A DNA stretch of 64,000 nt, taken from Candidatus Omnitrophota bacterium. Its GTDB lineage: Bacteria > Omnitrophota > Omnitrophia > Omnitrophales > Aquincolibacteriaceae. The notes beneath the pieces were generated by a model. That model saw nothing but the letters and a program-made list of their open reading frames with translations, was not told the DNA's origin and did not search any database. Of this stretch, positions 9,574-18,671 are shown one piece after another (the first letter of the stretch is position 1; each line of letters begins with the position of its first letter). Location: assembly GCA_030698625.1 (NCBI GenBank), contig JAUYMS010000021.1, positions 6,227 through 70,226 on the forward strand, written 5' to 3'. Made by a program: the position numbers and the translations under genes.

Positions 9574-10832
9574 GCGAGCAGATTACGACCTTAATTTTGG
9601 GAGGGGGACAGGGGAAGCGCCTGTTTCCATTGACGAGTTATCGCTCCAAACCGGCGGTTCCGATCGGAGCAAAGTACCGGCTTGTCGATATCCCCATCTC
9701 CAATTCGATTAATTCCGGTCTCCGGCAAATTTTTGTCCTGACTCAATTTAATTCCGTATCGTTGCACCGGCACATTCACCGAGCCTATGCTTATGGGCCG
9801 TTCAACCAAACCTCGATCGAGCTTCTGGCGGCCGAGCAGACGCCGGTGACAACGGATTGGTTCCAGGGAACTGCGGATGCGGTTCGCAAGCACTTGGATC
9901 ACTACCATCTCAAGTCTGCTGATACCGTGGTCATTCTGTCAGGCGACCATCTGTATCGCATGGATTACAGGAAGATTCTCGACTTCCATTATAAAAAAAA
10001 TGCGGACGTCACGATTTCGACAGTGCCTGTTACGAAGAGGGACGTGAGTGGCTTCGGTATCCTGCAGCTGCGGTCGAATGGTCGCGTGTCAGCCTTCTTG
10101 GAGAAACCGGCAAAGAATGTCGAGATCGGCGATTATGTAATCCCAGGCAACATTCGCAAGGCATACCATGTGCGAGGCGCCAAGGAGCTCTACCTTGCGT
10201 CTATGGGTGTTTATGTGTTTAAAGCGGGTGTCTTGGCGTCTCTCTTGGCAGGCAAGGAGACGGATTTTGGTCGGGAAATCATCCCCAAGTCGATTAAACA
10301 ATGTCAAGCATATGGCTACGTCTTCAACGGTTACTGGCGCGATATCGGAACGATTCGCAGTTTTTATGAAACGAGCATTGAGCTGACGTGTACGGATCCC
10401 CCGTTTAACTTTATGGCTCCTGAGGGGAGAATTTTTACGCGTGCGCGGTTTCTTCCGCCTTCGACAATGACAGAGAGCAATTTTTCGAGTGTCCTTATGG
10501 GAGAAGGATGTGTCATTAAAGGTGCGGATATTTCGCAGTCGCTCGTAGGAGTGCGCTCCGTAATCGATGAAGGAACAAGTATCCGCAAGAGCGTTTTGAT
10601 GGGAAATGACTTTTATGAAACGGGCAAGTCACGCGGGAAGCCGCAGCTCGGCATCGGCAAGAAATGCGTGATTGAAAATTGTATCCTGGATAAGAACGTC
10701 CGTATCGGTGACCGCGTTCGGATCACGAATCAGAAGCGTGTGCAGGAAAAAGACGGGAACAATTATTATATTCGGGACGGAATTGTGATTGTCCCTAAGG
10801 GTGCCGTCATTGCGAGCGGCACGCGAATCTAA
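9570..10832 (+). CDS. glgC: glucose-1-phosphate adenylyltransferase
   Basis: N-terminal GGGQGKRLFPLTSYRSKPAVPIGAKYRLVDIPISNSINSG and a left-handed beta-helix C-terminus. Confidence 0.9.
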   Translation: MSEQITTLILGGGQGKRLFPLTSYRSKPAVPIGAKYRLVDIPISNSINSGLRQIFVLTQFNSVSLHRHIHRAYAYGPFNQTSIELLAAEQTPVTTDWFQGTADAVRKHLDHYHLKSADTVVILSGDHLYRMDYRKILDFHYKKNADVTISTVPVTKRDVSGFGILQLRSNGRVSAFLEKPAKNVEIGDYVIPGNIRKAYHVRGAKELYLASMGVYVFKAGVLASLLAGKETDFGREIIPKSIKQCQAYGYVFNGYWRDIGTIRSFYETSIELTCTDPPFNFMAPEGRIFTRARFLPPSTMTESNFSSVLMGEGCVIKGADISQSLVGVRSVIDEGTSIRKSVLMGNDFYETGKSRGKPQLGIGKKCVIENCILDKNVRIGDRVRITNQKRVQEKDGNNYYIRDGIVIVPKGAVIASGTRI

Positions 10833-10903
10833 ACGGCCAGGAAATACCCCTCCAAATCCCGCAAGGTGAAAGCGAGTCCGCCAGAAACGCCAAGGAAGAA
10901 CGC

Positions 10904-11114
10904 CCGGAAAACACTCCTCCGCATGTTTCTGACAGCCTCGTTTTGACCTCGCAGGCCTGGGCCGCTTGGGCAAAAGAAGAAGGAAGGACGGCCGGGAAAT
11001 ACTCCGGAAAAACAATCAGCGCTTCTTGCGGAGACGAGGAGATCCACTTTTGGGACGGAAGTCCCAAAAGTTAACTCCGAGCGCAGCAGCGCGTTTTGGA
11101 GGAGTGTTTTCCGG
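10904..11114. repeat. MITE-like element copy A (17-bp perfect terminal inverted repeats, no ORF)
   Basis: Terminal inverted repeats CCGGAAAACACTCCTCC (10904-10920) and GGAGGAGTGTTTTCCGG (11098-11114). The ~200-bp core is about 85-90% identical by eye to 33133-33334. Shared strings include ctcctccgcatgtttctgacagcc, ggaaggacggcc, atactccggaaaaacaat, gcggagacgagg and ttaactccgagcgcagcagcgcgttttggaggagtgttt. Confidence 0.6.
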
Positions 11115-11130
11115 CTGTCTTTAGAGATAC

Positions 11131-12228
11131 TTAACGGTTACCGCGGTCGAGATTGAGCAGAGCCCCCACCGAAAAGACGATATTTCCCAGCCAGGCACCC
11201 GCAAAAGGTATCAGCTTGCCTGCCTTTCCCAGCGCCAGTCCGACGGCGCCCATCACGTGATAGGAAAAGACCAATCCGACGCAGAGTAAGACCGTGCCCG
11301 CAATCGCTTTTCGATTTCGTGTTGGTGCAAGGAGAGGCACGGCGATTAGCATCATTACTAGACCCTGCCATGGGGACGCAAGTTTGTACTGCAGGTCCAC
11401 CTTCTCCGAGTAGACGAGAACGCCGTTTTCTTTCAATTTCGCGATGGAATGTTTGAGTTCGCGGTATGACAGGAATGCGCTGTCACTCGAGGCGTTGAGT
11501 AACTCGCGGGGTGTCATGGTTATTTGCGGATACACCTTCTTAGTCATGTAGCGCGGTTCGCCAAGAATTCGGCCCTGCGAATCCACTTTGTATTCCGTGA
11601 CCCCCTCAAATTCCCATGCAGTCCCCGACCATTTTCCGCGCTCGGCAATTGTTTTCTGAAAAGTGGTCTGGTCCGGTTTATCCATCCACAGGATGATGGC
11701 ATCCTCGACTACTTTTCGTGTCGCATAGAAAGTCCGAAAATAGAAAAGCTGATTTCCGCCGGAGTAATAGGTCACGTTCTGGAAACTTTTCTCCTCTTTC
11801 CGCTCCTTCTTCTGTTCAATGTAAACTTCGCGCAGATCGGTCGCCATTCGATAGCTCACGGGCACGAGCCGGTCACCGATCAAGAATGTAAAGATTCCGA
11901 TCAAAAATCCCACGAAAACGATCGGTTTAATGATAGTGGTGATCCGCAGGCCGGCAACCTTCATGGCGATGATTTCATTGTGGAGCCCGAAATTAACCAG
12001 GAGGAAGAGTGTTCCGAGCCATGTGGCCCAGGGGATCGTTTCGCAATAGGCGTAAGGGATCAGCGAGAAGTAATACTTCAATATGATTCCGATGGAGATT
12101 CTGTTTCTTAAAATTTCGTCGAGATTATCGAAGAGGTCGGCAATCAGGATCATGAAGACGAGCGTTGCCGAGCTACACACGATGGGCATCAAAAGCTCCC
12201 GTACGAGATAACGATCGATTACTTTCAT
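11131..12228 (-). CDS. LptF/LptG family LPS export permease (YjgP/YjgQ)
   Basis: N-terminus MKVIDRYLVRELLMPIVCSSATLVFMILIADLFDNLDEIL, six-TM architecture with a periplasmic insert. Confidence 0.8.
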   Translation of the reverse strand: MKVIDRYLVRELLMPIVCSSATLVFMILIADLFDNLDEILRNRISIGIILKYYFSLIPYAYCETIPWATWLGTLFLLVNFGLHNEIIAMKVAGLRITTIIKPIVFVGFLIGIFTFLIGDRLVPVSYRMATDLREVYIEQKKERKEEKSFQNVTYYSGGNQLFYFRTFYATRKVVEDAIILWMDKPDQTTFQKTIAERGKWSGTAWEFEGVTEYKVDSQGRILGEPRYMTKKVYPQITMTPRELLNASSDSAFLSYRELKHSIAKLKENGVLVYSEKVDLQYKLASPWQGLVMMLIAVPLLAPTRNRKAIAGTVLLCVGLVFSYHVMGAVGLALGKAGKLIPFAGAWLGNIVFSVGALLNLDRGNR

Positions 12229-12923
12229 AGCGATGCCGCCCTTGGGGAGTCAGAAGCTTCGGTGCGGGCAAGAACCAATAGATCGACCTGCCTTGCCCCT
12301 GCGAGTCTCAACGTCGTGGCTGCTTCTTGAGATGTAGCGCCGGTTGTGAGGATGTCGTCAACTAAAAGCAAGCGTTGACCACGAACGCGTTTTGATCGAG
12401 CCCGGAAAGCGTCCCTTAGATTATGCCGTCGTGCCTCTCGGCCCAGGCTGCTCTGGCGCGTAAGCGAGAATCGCTTGCTCAAGATGCGGCGTTCCAGGGG
12501 GATGCCTGAAGCCTGGCTGACGATGGCTGCCAAGAGTTCGGCTTGATTAAACTCTCGCTCCACGTAATGCCGCCTGTCCATGGGAACCGGAATTACGGCA
12601 TCATAGCTATTATCAGCGGCTAAGGCCTGACTCAGCTCTCGGAGTTCACTGCGGAAAGCACTGATAAGCCATTGCTTCCCCGAAAATTTGACGGCCGTTA
12701 GCAAATCTCTGACCGGGCCTTCATACGGATAAATCGACCAGGCATTCGCTACGGCAGCAAATCGCTGTGACATGATTGCCTGCACAGGATCGCGTCTCAG
12801 TTGAACCAGCTTCTTGCGGCAGGCCGGACACAGCTCTCTGTCATGTAAACCCAACGCTAGCTTACAGATGCCGCATTGGGCAGGGTAGATCAACCGCATT
12901 AAGGCTTCCGCGTAGGGTCTCAT
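12225..12923 (-). CDS. comF: ComF family protein (phosphoribosyltransferase domain)
   Basis: N-terminal Cys4 (CGICKLALGLHDRELCPACRKKL). PRTase motif LLLVDDILTTGATSQEA. ATGA overlap with the LptF/G gene. Confidence 0.8.
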   Translation of the reverse strand: MRPYAEALMRLIYPAQCGICKLALGLHDRELCPACRKKLVQLRRDPVQAIMSQRFAAVANAWSIYPYEGPVRDLLTAVKFSGKQWLISAFRSELRELSQALAADNSYDAVIPVPMDRRHYVEREFNQAELLAAIVSQASGIPLERRILSKRFSLTRQSSLGREARRHNLRDAFRARSKRVRGQRLLLVDDILTTGATSQEAATTLRLAGARQVDLLVLARTEASDSPRAASL

Positions 12924-12976
12924 GGCACGCTATTCTAATCCTTTCACCCCCTGGGGCAAGGCAAATATCCTTATTC

Positions 12977-13004
12977 TTGACCTAGGGAACGAAAGCCGTA
13001 TAAT
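12977..13004 (+). promoter_or_regulatory. sigma70-type promoter for rpsU: TTGACC-N16-TATAAT
   Basis: -35 TTGACC at 12977-12982. Spacer 16 nt. -10 TATAAT at 12999-13004, about 70 nt upstream of the rpsU GTG. Confidence 0.5.
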
Positions 13005-13073
13005 GGGATGTTTTTTGAAACATCTTATCTCAAAACGAGATACAATTATTCCACAGGAAAGAGGCGATCTGTA

Positions 13074-13247
13074 GTGCCCAAAGTTGATATCACCGATAAT
13101 GAGCCGCTAGAAAAGGCTCTGAAGCGTTTAAAGAAGAAGATAGAGCGCGAGGGAACTCTGAAGATTCTCAAGGCGCGTAAGCACTTCGAAAAACCGAGTG
13201 AAAAAAGGCGCCGTAAGCAGCGCATGTCCAAGAAGAAAAAATTCTGA
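13074..13247 (+). CDS. rpsU: 30S ribosomal protein S21
   Basis: VPKVDITDNEPLEKALKRLKKKIEREGTLKILKARKHFEKPSEKRRRKQ. GTG start at 13074 with AGGAAAGAGG 10 nt upstream. The track ORF start at 13008 is an upstream extension. Confidence 0.9.
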   Translation: MPKVDITDNEPLEKALKRLKKKIEREGTLKILKARKHFEKPSEKRRRKQRMSKKKKF

Positions 13248-13262
13248 CCTAGGACCCACTCC

Positions 13263-14072
13263 ATGCCGGTCCGTACACCCTATGTGGCGGGAACCTTCTA
13301 CCCGGCTGATCCCGAAGAACTCCGGGAGTACTGTCGAAGCCAGTTAGCAACTCCTAGAGGCCCCCTAATTCCCAAAGCACTCATTGTTCCGCACGCAGGC
13401 TATGTCTATTCGGGAAAGACGGCGTGCCGCGTCTTTGATTCCGTCCGGATTCCGAACCGCATTTTACTGATAGGGCCTAACCATTCCGGCGTCGGGACAA
13501 AATTCTCCGTTATGAGCAGCGGCCAATGGGGGAGTCCGCTAGGAAACGTGCCCATCGATGAAGAATTCGCCCATACCCTTTTGGCGGCATCGGACGACTT
13601 GTCTGCGGATGAGTCGGCTCATCATCTGGAGCACTGTCTGGAAGTCGAAGTCCCGTTCCTTCAAACCAAGAACCCAAATATTAAGATTGTACCGCTCGTC
13701 GTCGGAACCCTGGACTTGCTTTCTGCCAGAGCTGTGGCCCTGGCATGTGGGGAATGTCTATCGAAAGAGTCCGAGGATCCCTTGCTCGTGGTTATTTCTT
13801 CAGATATGAATCATTATGAAGATGATCAGACCACGAGGAAAAAAGATGCATACGCCATTGATGCGATTCTCAATTTGGACGAAGGAGCGCTTGCCAAAGC
13901 TGTAAAGGAGCACAGGATTACGATGTGTGGATTTGTTCCCGTCTATATGTTGCTGGCGATGAAGAAGATTCTGGGGATTCACAAGGCGACATTGATTGAC
14001 TACAGTACAAGCGCGGATGCGAGCGGCGATAAAAGCCGGGTCGTTGGATATGCTGGATTTATCTTCGAATAG
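13263..14072 (+). CDS. MEMO1-family protein (AmmeMemoRadiSam system protein B)
   Basis: MPVRTPYVAGTFYPADPEEL ... ALIVPHAGYVYSG. Confidence 0.8.
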   Translation: MPVRTPYVAGTFYPADPEELREYCRSQLATPRGPLIPKALIVPHAGYVYSGKTACRVFDSVRIPNRILLIGPNHSGVGTKFSVMSSGQWGSPLGNVPIDEEFAHTLLAASDDLSADESAHHLEHCLEVEVPFLQTKNPNIKIVPLVVGTLDLLSARAVALACGECLSKESEDPLLVVISSDMNHYEDDQTTRKKDAYAIDAILNLDEGALAKAVKEHRITMCGFVPVYMLLAMKKILGIHKATLIDYSTSADASGDKSRVVGYAGFIFE

Positions 14073-14598
14073 CCGCTCCAAACTCCTGGAACTGGCCCGG
14101 GAGTCCATTCGTCAACACATCAGCACCGGAGATTCTCTCACCTTCGAGACCTCGGATCCCGAACTGACCATAAAAGCGGGCTGCTTTGTGACGCTGCGTC
14201 AGCGAGACTCCCTTCGCGGTTGCGTCGGGACCTTCGAGCCCACCAAACCCCTTTATGAAAATGTCTTGCGCATGGCATGCTCGGCGGCCTTTCAGGATGT
14301 GCGCTTTTCACCGGTCAGTAAGGAAGAGCTGCCGGGGATTCATATCGATATCTCCGTGTTGGGTGAGCCCTTCAAGATGAACTCCGTCGATGAAATCGAG
14401 ATCGGTAAGCATGGCGTGCTTGTCCAATATGGCGACAGGCGCGGAACCTTTTTGCCGGAAGTGGCGGTCGAGCAGAAATGGAATGCTGCCGAATTTATTA
14501 CCTTTTGCGCCCGTGAGAAGGCGGGCCTCAGCCCGTCGGAATGCGGCAGAGCGGACGTCTACCTCTATGAGGTTCTCAAATTTTCTGAGCCTTCCTAG
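14050..14598 (+). CDS. AMMECR1-domain protein (AmmeMemoRadiSam system protein A)
   Basis: AMMECR1 hallmark LRGCVGTFEP, then FQDVRFSPV. Start placed at the internal Met 14050, overlapping the MEMO gene by 23 nt. Confidence 0.8.
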   Translation: MLDLSSNSRSKLLELARESIRQHISTGDSLTFETSDPELTIKAGCFVTLRQRDSLRGCVGTFEPTKPLYENVLRMACSAAFQDVRFSPVSKEELPGIHIDISVLGEPFKMNSVDEIEIGKHGVLVQYGDRRGTFLPEVAVEQKWNAAEFITFCAREKAGLSPSECGRADVYLYEVLKFSEPS

Positions 14599-14668
14599 CG
14601 CCGGAAGGAGAGATTGCGGCCCCATTTTGGCTGTGTTATCATCTTAAGTTCTTTAGTTAGGAGGGATT

Positions 14669-15940
14669 GTGGCAAAGAAGTATGCAGCTTTTCCCGGCAT
14701 GGACGACCTCTTGCCGGGGGATATCGAAAAATGGCAATGGATCGAGGAGCGCGCACGTATCTTTATGGAGGCCTGCGGGTACAAGGAAATTCGGACACCG
14801 CTGCTGGAGCCCACCGAGCTGTTTACCCGGTCCATAGGCGAAGCGAGCGATATCGTGCATAAGGAAATGTACACCTTTGAGGACCGGGGAGGCCGCAGCA
14901 TGACCCTGAGACCGGAAATGACCGCATCCGTGGCACGCGCCGTTATTGAAAAAGGACTCCTCTCACGCGCCAAATCCCTCCGGTATTACTATATAGGGCC
15001 CATGTTTCGTGCTGAAAGACCGCAGGCTGGGAGGAAAAGGCAATTTCATCAGATCGGCGCCGAAATTGTCGGCGAAGCGGGAGCGGCGGCGGATTTTGAG
15101 ATCGTGCAGGTTCTCTACCGCTTTTTGGGTTACGCGGGGCTTAATAACGTTACCTTAAAAATCAATGACCTGGGACAGACGAGCGATCGCTCCAAAATTA
15201 CAGCGCGACTTTCAGAATACTTCACCCGGCAGAAAGAGAAGCTTTGCAAAGACTGCCATTATCGTCTCGAAAAAAACGTGCTGCGGATCTTTGATTGTAA
15301 GGTCAAATCCTGCCAACCCGTTATAGAAGCCGCCCCCTGGGAAGAAATTTCTCCGTTGGGTGAGAGCTTTAGCGAGCTTTGCGCGCGGCTTGAGGAGCAT
15401 GAAATTCCGTACCGAGTGGAGCGAAGATTGGTTCGCGGTTTGGACTACTACACGGGCATTGTTTTTGAAGTGGCTGCGGAGGGACTGGGCTCGCAAGATG
15501 CCGTCGCCGGCGGCGGACGGTATGACGACCTTTATGCGGAACTCGGCGGGAAACCGACTCCGTGCACCGGCTTCAGTATCGGTGTGGAGCGTCTGTTGCT
15601 CGCGGCCGAGGCCGGTGATAACGGCCTTAGCACACAGCTTCGTGACCACAGAGTCTATCTGGCACCGTTGGAAACACGTCCTGATGTCTTGGGGAAGTGT
15701 CAGGCCCAGGCGCTCGAACTTCGCAGCCGCGGTTTTCGCGTCGAGACGACGCCGGGCCAATCGTCTTTAAGTCATCATCTGAAGAGGGCGAATCAGCTCG
15801 GTCTTCGCTGGGTTGTAATATTGGGGGCCGAAGAATTGAAGAAGGGCGTTTATCTGGTAAAAGATTTGGACCATCGGAAGCAGTCAGAGGTCGAGACTTC
15901 GAAGCTGTATTCCTATCTGGAAGGAGTAGCGAGCTTATGA
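14669..15940 (+). CDS. hisS: histidine--tRNA ligase
   Basis: Class II motifs LRPEMTASVARA and AGGGRYDDL. C-terminal anticodon-binding domain. Confidence 0.95.
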   Translation: MAKKYAAFPGMDDLLPGDIEKWQWIEERARIFMEACGYKEIRTPLLEPTELFTRSIGEASDIVHKEMYTFEDRGGRSMTLRPEMTASVARAVIEKGLLSRAKSLRYYYIGPMFRAERPQAGRKRQFHQIGAEIVGEAGAAADFEIVQVLYRFLGYAGLNNVTLKINDLGQTSDRSKITARLSEYFTRQKEKLCKDCHYRLEKNVLRIFDCKVKSCQPVIEAAPWEEISPLGESFSELCARLEEHEIPYRVERRLVRGLDYYTGIVFEVAAEGLGSQDAVAGGGRYDDLYAELGGKPTPCTGFSIGVERLLLAAEAGDNGLSTQLRDHRVYLAPLETRPDVLGKCQAQALELRSRGFRVETTPGQSSLSHHLKRANQLGLRWVVILGAEELKKGVYLVKDLDHRKQSEVETSKLYSYLEGVASL

Positions 15941-17712
15941 TGCGGACGGCAACTTGTGGAGATTTAAGCAGTAAGAACGTCGACAAGGAAGTGACTTTAG
16001 CCGGGTGGGTGGATACCCGGCGCGATCACGGCAATCTCATTTTTATTGATCTGCGCGACCGATGGGGGATCACTCAGGTCGTCTTCAACCCGGAAAAAAA
16101 CGCCGACCTGCATCGTCTGGCCGAAACCGTTCGGTCGGAATTTGTGTTGCAGGTTAAGGGCCGTGTTTCTAATCGTCCTCAGGGCACAGTCAATAAAAAG
16201 ATTCCGACCGGAGAGGTTGAGGTTCTGGCCGATTCGCTCGTTATCTTGAACGCTTCGCCGACACCGCCCTTTGAAATCGGTGAAATGAATGTTGGTGAAG
16301 ACATTCGCCTAAAATACCGGTATCTGGACCTTAGACGGCGGGTGATGCTGGAGAACCTCTCTTTTCGTTATCGTGTTTCGAAGATCGCCAGGGATTATTT
16401 GGATAAACAGGCGTTCATCGAGATCGAAACGCCCTATTTGACACGCAGTACGCCGGAGGGCGCGCGCGATTACTTGGTTCCCTCGCGAGTTCATACAGGC
16501 AGTTTCTATGCCCTGCCGCAATCCCCACAGCTTTTCAAGCAGCTCCTCATGGTGGGCGGCTATGACCGTTATTTTCAACTGGCCCGTTGCTTTCGCGACG
16601 AAGATTTACGATCAGACCGACAGCCCGAACATACACAGATCGATATTGAGATGTCGTTCGTGGAAGAGGAAGATGTGATGAATTTGGTCGAGGGCATGGT
16701 GGCCGATTGCGTCGAGAAAGCTAAGGGGCTTAAATTCGCGCGGCCCTTCAAGCATTTAAGTTATGAAGAGGCATTGTCGCGATTCGGATCGGATAAGCCG
16801 GATCTACGTTTTGATATGGAGCTAGTGGATCTCACCGAGATATTCGCAGAGAGCGGATTCAAAGTTTTTGATTCGGTGATCAAAAGCGGCGGGAAAGTGC
16901 GCGGCATCTGTTTGCGTCCTCCTCAGGGCGTGGAATACTCGCGTAAAGATTTTGATGACTTGACGGCGTGGATTCAGGATTACGGGGCCAAGGGGCTTGC
17001 CTGGTTCAAAGTTAAGGGGCCAGACAGCGTGGAATCGCCCATTCAGAAATTCTTCGTGCCTGATCGCATGGCGAAGGTGATCGGATCCCTGCAGGCGCAG
17101 GCCGGCGATATTCTATTCATGGTCGCCAGTACGCCCCAGATTTCCGCGGTAGCCCTTGGCGCCTTGCGGGTGAAGTTGGCCCATCGCCACGGTCTCATGG
17201 ATCTCGATCGATTCGAGGTGCTGTGGATCACAGATTTCCCGCTTTTCGAGTGGGATGAGGATGGCGGGCGTTATCACGCGCTGCATCATCCCTTTACGTC
17301 TCCCATGGAGAAGGATATCCCTCTGCTGGAGAAGGATCCGGCCGCCGTGCGAGCCCGCGCCTATGACCTTGTATTAAACGGAGTCGAAATCGGCGGAGGC
17401 AGTATTCGTATCCATCGCCGCGACGTCCAGGACAAGGTTTTTCGCGCGCTGGGCATCGGTGCCGATGAGGCACGCGATAAATTCGGGTTTCTTCTTGATG
17501 CGCTCAGCTACGGGGCCCCTCCGCACGGGGGTTTGGCTATGGGCTTGGATCGATTCGTGGCTCTGTTGCTCGGCTTGGACAGTATTCGTGAAGTCATTGC
17601 TTTTCCCAAAACTCAAAAGGGAACATGTCTCATGACTGAAGCCCCCTCAGAAGTTCATCCCGATCAACTCAAGGAGCTTGGGCTGCACGTCAAGTCACTC
17701 GACCGCGTGTAA
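15937..17712 (+). CDS. aspS: aspartate--tRNA ligase
   Basis: [10 protein letters not shown] start (ATGATG overlapping the hisS stop, AAGGAG at 15921). Core motif [44 protein letters not shown]. Confidence 0.95.
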   Translation: MMRTATCGDLSSKNVDKEVTLAGWVDTRRDHGNLIFIDLRDRWGITQVVFNPEKNADLHRLAETVRSEFVLQVKGRVSNRPQGTVNKKIPTGEVEVLADSLVILNASPTPPFEIGEMNVGEDIRLKYRYLDLRRRVMLENLSFRYRVSKIARDYLDKQAFIEIETPYLTRSTPEGARDYLVPSRVHTGSFYALPQSPQLFKQLLMVGGYDRYFQLARCFRDEDLRSDRQPEHTQIDIEMSFVEEEDVMNLVEGMVADCVEKAKGLKFARPFKHLSYEEALSRFGSDKPDLRFDMELVDLTEIFAESGFKVFDSVIKSGGKVRGICLRPPQGVEYSRKDFDDLTAWIQDYGAKGLAWFKVKGPDSVESPIQKFFVPDRMAKVIGSLQAQAGDILFMVASTPQISAVALGALRVKLAHRHGLMDLDRFEVLWITDFPLFEWDEDGGRYHALHHPFTSPMEKDIPLLEKDPAAVRARAYDLVLNGVEIGGGSIRIHRRDVQDKVFRALGIGADEARDKFGFLLDALSYGAPPHGGLAMGLDRFVALLLGLDSIREVIAFPKTQKGTCLMTEAPSEVHPDQLKELGLHVKSLDRV

Positions 17713-17729
17713 CCCTTCAGGAGGTCTCA

Positions 17730-18671
17730 TTGGAAAAGACACTCACGCTTAATTCCAATCAAGAAGCAATACGACTTTACGGAAGCCTCGATGAGAATTT
17801 GCGTCATGCCGAAGAGAAGTTTAAAGTCCGGTTGGCTGCGAGGAACGATAAGTTGCGCATTATCGGTTCAAAAGCCGGCGTGGAGGGAGCCTACCGGTTT
17901 TTTCTAAACACTCTTGAGGCCATTCGAGGCGGGCCCGGCCCGGCGAAGCACAAGGAAGCAGGCTTGAAGAAGAAACCCGCCCGGCGTGAAAGCACCTATG
18001 AGCCTGCGTCCGAAGCCGTCAGGTTTTATCACCGCGGCAAAAGTATTCGGCCGCACAGTGTGAATCAGGAGCATTATCTGGCCGCAATTCGTGATCATGA
18101 TGTGGTTATTTGCATCGGACCGGCAGGAACAGGGAAGACCTACCTTGCTATGGCTGCCGCTCTCGATCATCTCAAGCGTAAAGTTGTCAGCCGTATCGTC
18201 CTGACCCGTCCCGCCGTGGAGGCCGGTGAAAACCTCGGATTTCTTCCGGGAGATCTTTATGCTAAAGTGAATCCGTATCTGAGACCGCTCTATGACGCCC
18301 TCTACGACATGATGGATTACGAAGAAGCCAATCGCAATCTCGAGCGGGGGGTTATCGAGGTAGCTCCGCTGGCTTATATGCGTGGACGAACATTGAATGA
18401 TTCCTTTGTGATACTCGACGAAGGACAGAATTGCACCAGCACTCAGGTGAAGATGTTTCTGACGCGCCTTGGCGAAGCCTCGAAGACAGTGCTGACGGGT
18501 GACGTTACCCAGATTGATCTGCCTAGCGCAAAGCAATCAGGATTGATAGAAGCCCGAGAGATTCTGGCATCGATTAAGGGGATTTCAATCTGCCAACTGA
18601 CCGAGACAGACGTCGTGCGACATCCGCTGGTACGGGAAATTATTGCCGCTTATGACAGACACCAGCATTAA
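17730..18671 (+). CDS. PhoH-like ATPase
   Basis: Walker [21 protein letters not shown], PhoH C-terminal region. Confidence 0.9.
   Translation: MEKTLTLNSNQEAIRLYGSLDENLRHAEEKFKVRLAARNDKLRIIGSKAGVEGAYRFFLNTLEAIRGGPGPAKHKEAGLKKKPARRESTYEPASEAVRFYHRGKSIRPHSVNQEHYLAAIRDHDVVICIGPAGTGKTYLAMAAALDHLKRKVVSRIVLTRPAVEAGENLGFLPGDLYAKVNPYLRPLYDALYDMMDYEEANRNLERGVIEVAPLAYMRGRTLNDSFVILDEGQNCTSTQVKMFLTRLGEASKTVLTGDVTQIDLPSAKQSGLIEAREILASIKGISICQLTETDVVRHPLVREIIAAYDRHQH

Noticed and set aside
10807-11067. Minus-strand ORFs over the MITE-like repeats (10807..11067, 10829..11047, 32991..33233, 33055..33285) that look like a conserved small-protein family
   Set aside because: Their mutual similarity is explained by the underlying DNA repeat with terminal inverted repeats. 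There is no RBS, and the ORFs run antisense through palindromes.
13008-13073. Upstream extension of rpsU ORF (MFFETSYLKTRYNYSTGKRRSV)
   Set aside because: S21 proteins start MPxx. The GTG at 13074 has a good RBS, and the extension would run through the TTGACC-N16-TATAAT promoter.
15697-15936. Track start of aspS ORF at 15697, overlapping hisS by 244 nt
   Set aside because: The N-terminal 80 residues are non-AspS-like. The canonical AspS N-terminus ([10 protein letters not shown]...[15 protein letters not shown]) begins at the ATG 15937, which overlaps the hisS stop and has an AAGGAG RBS.
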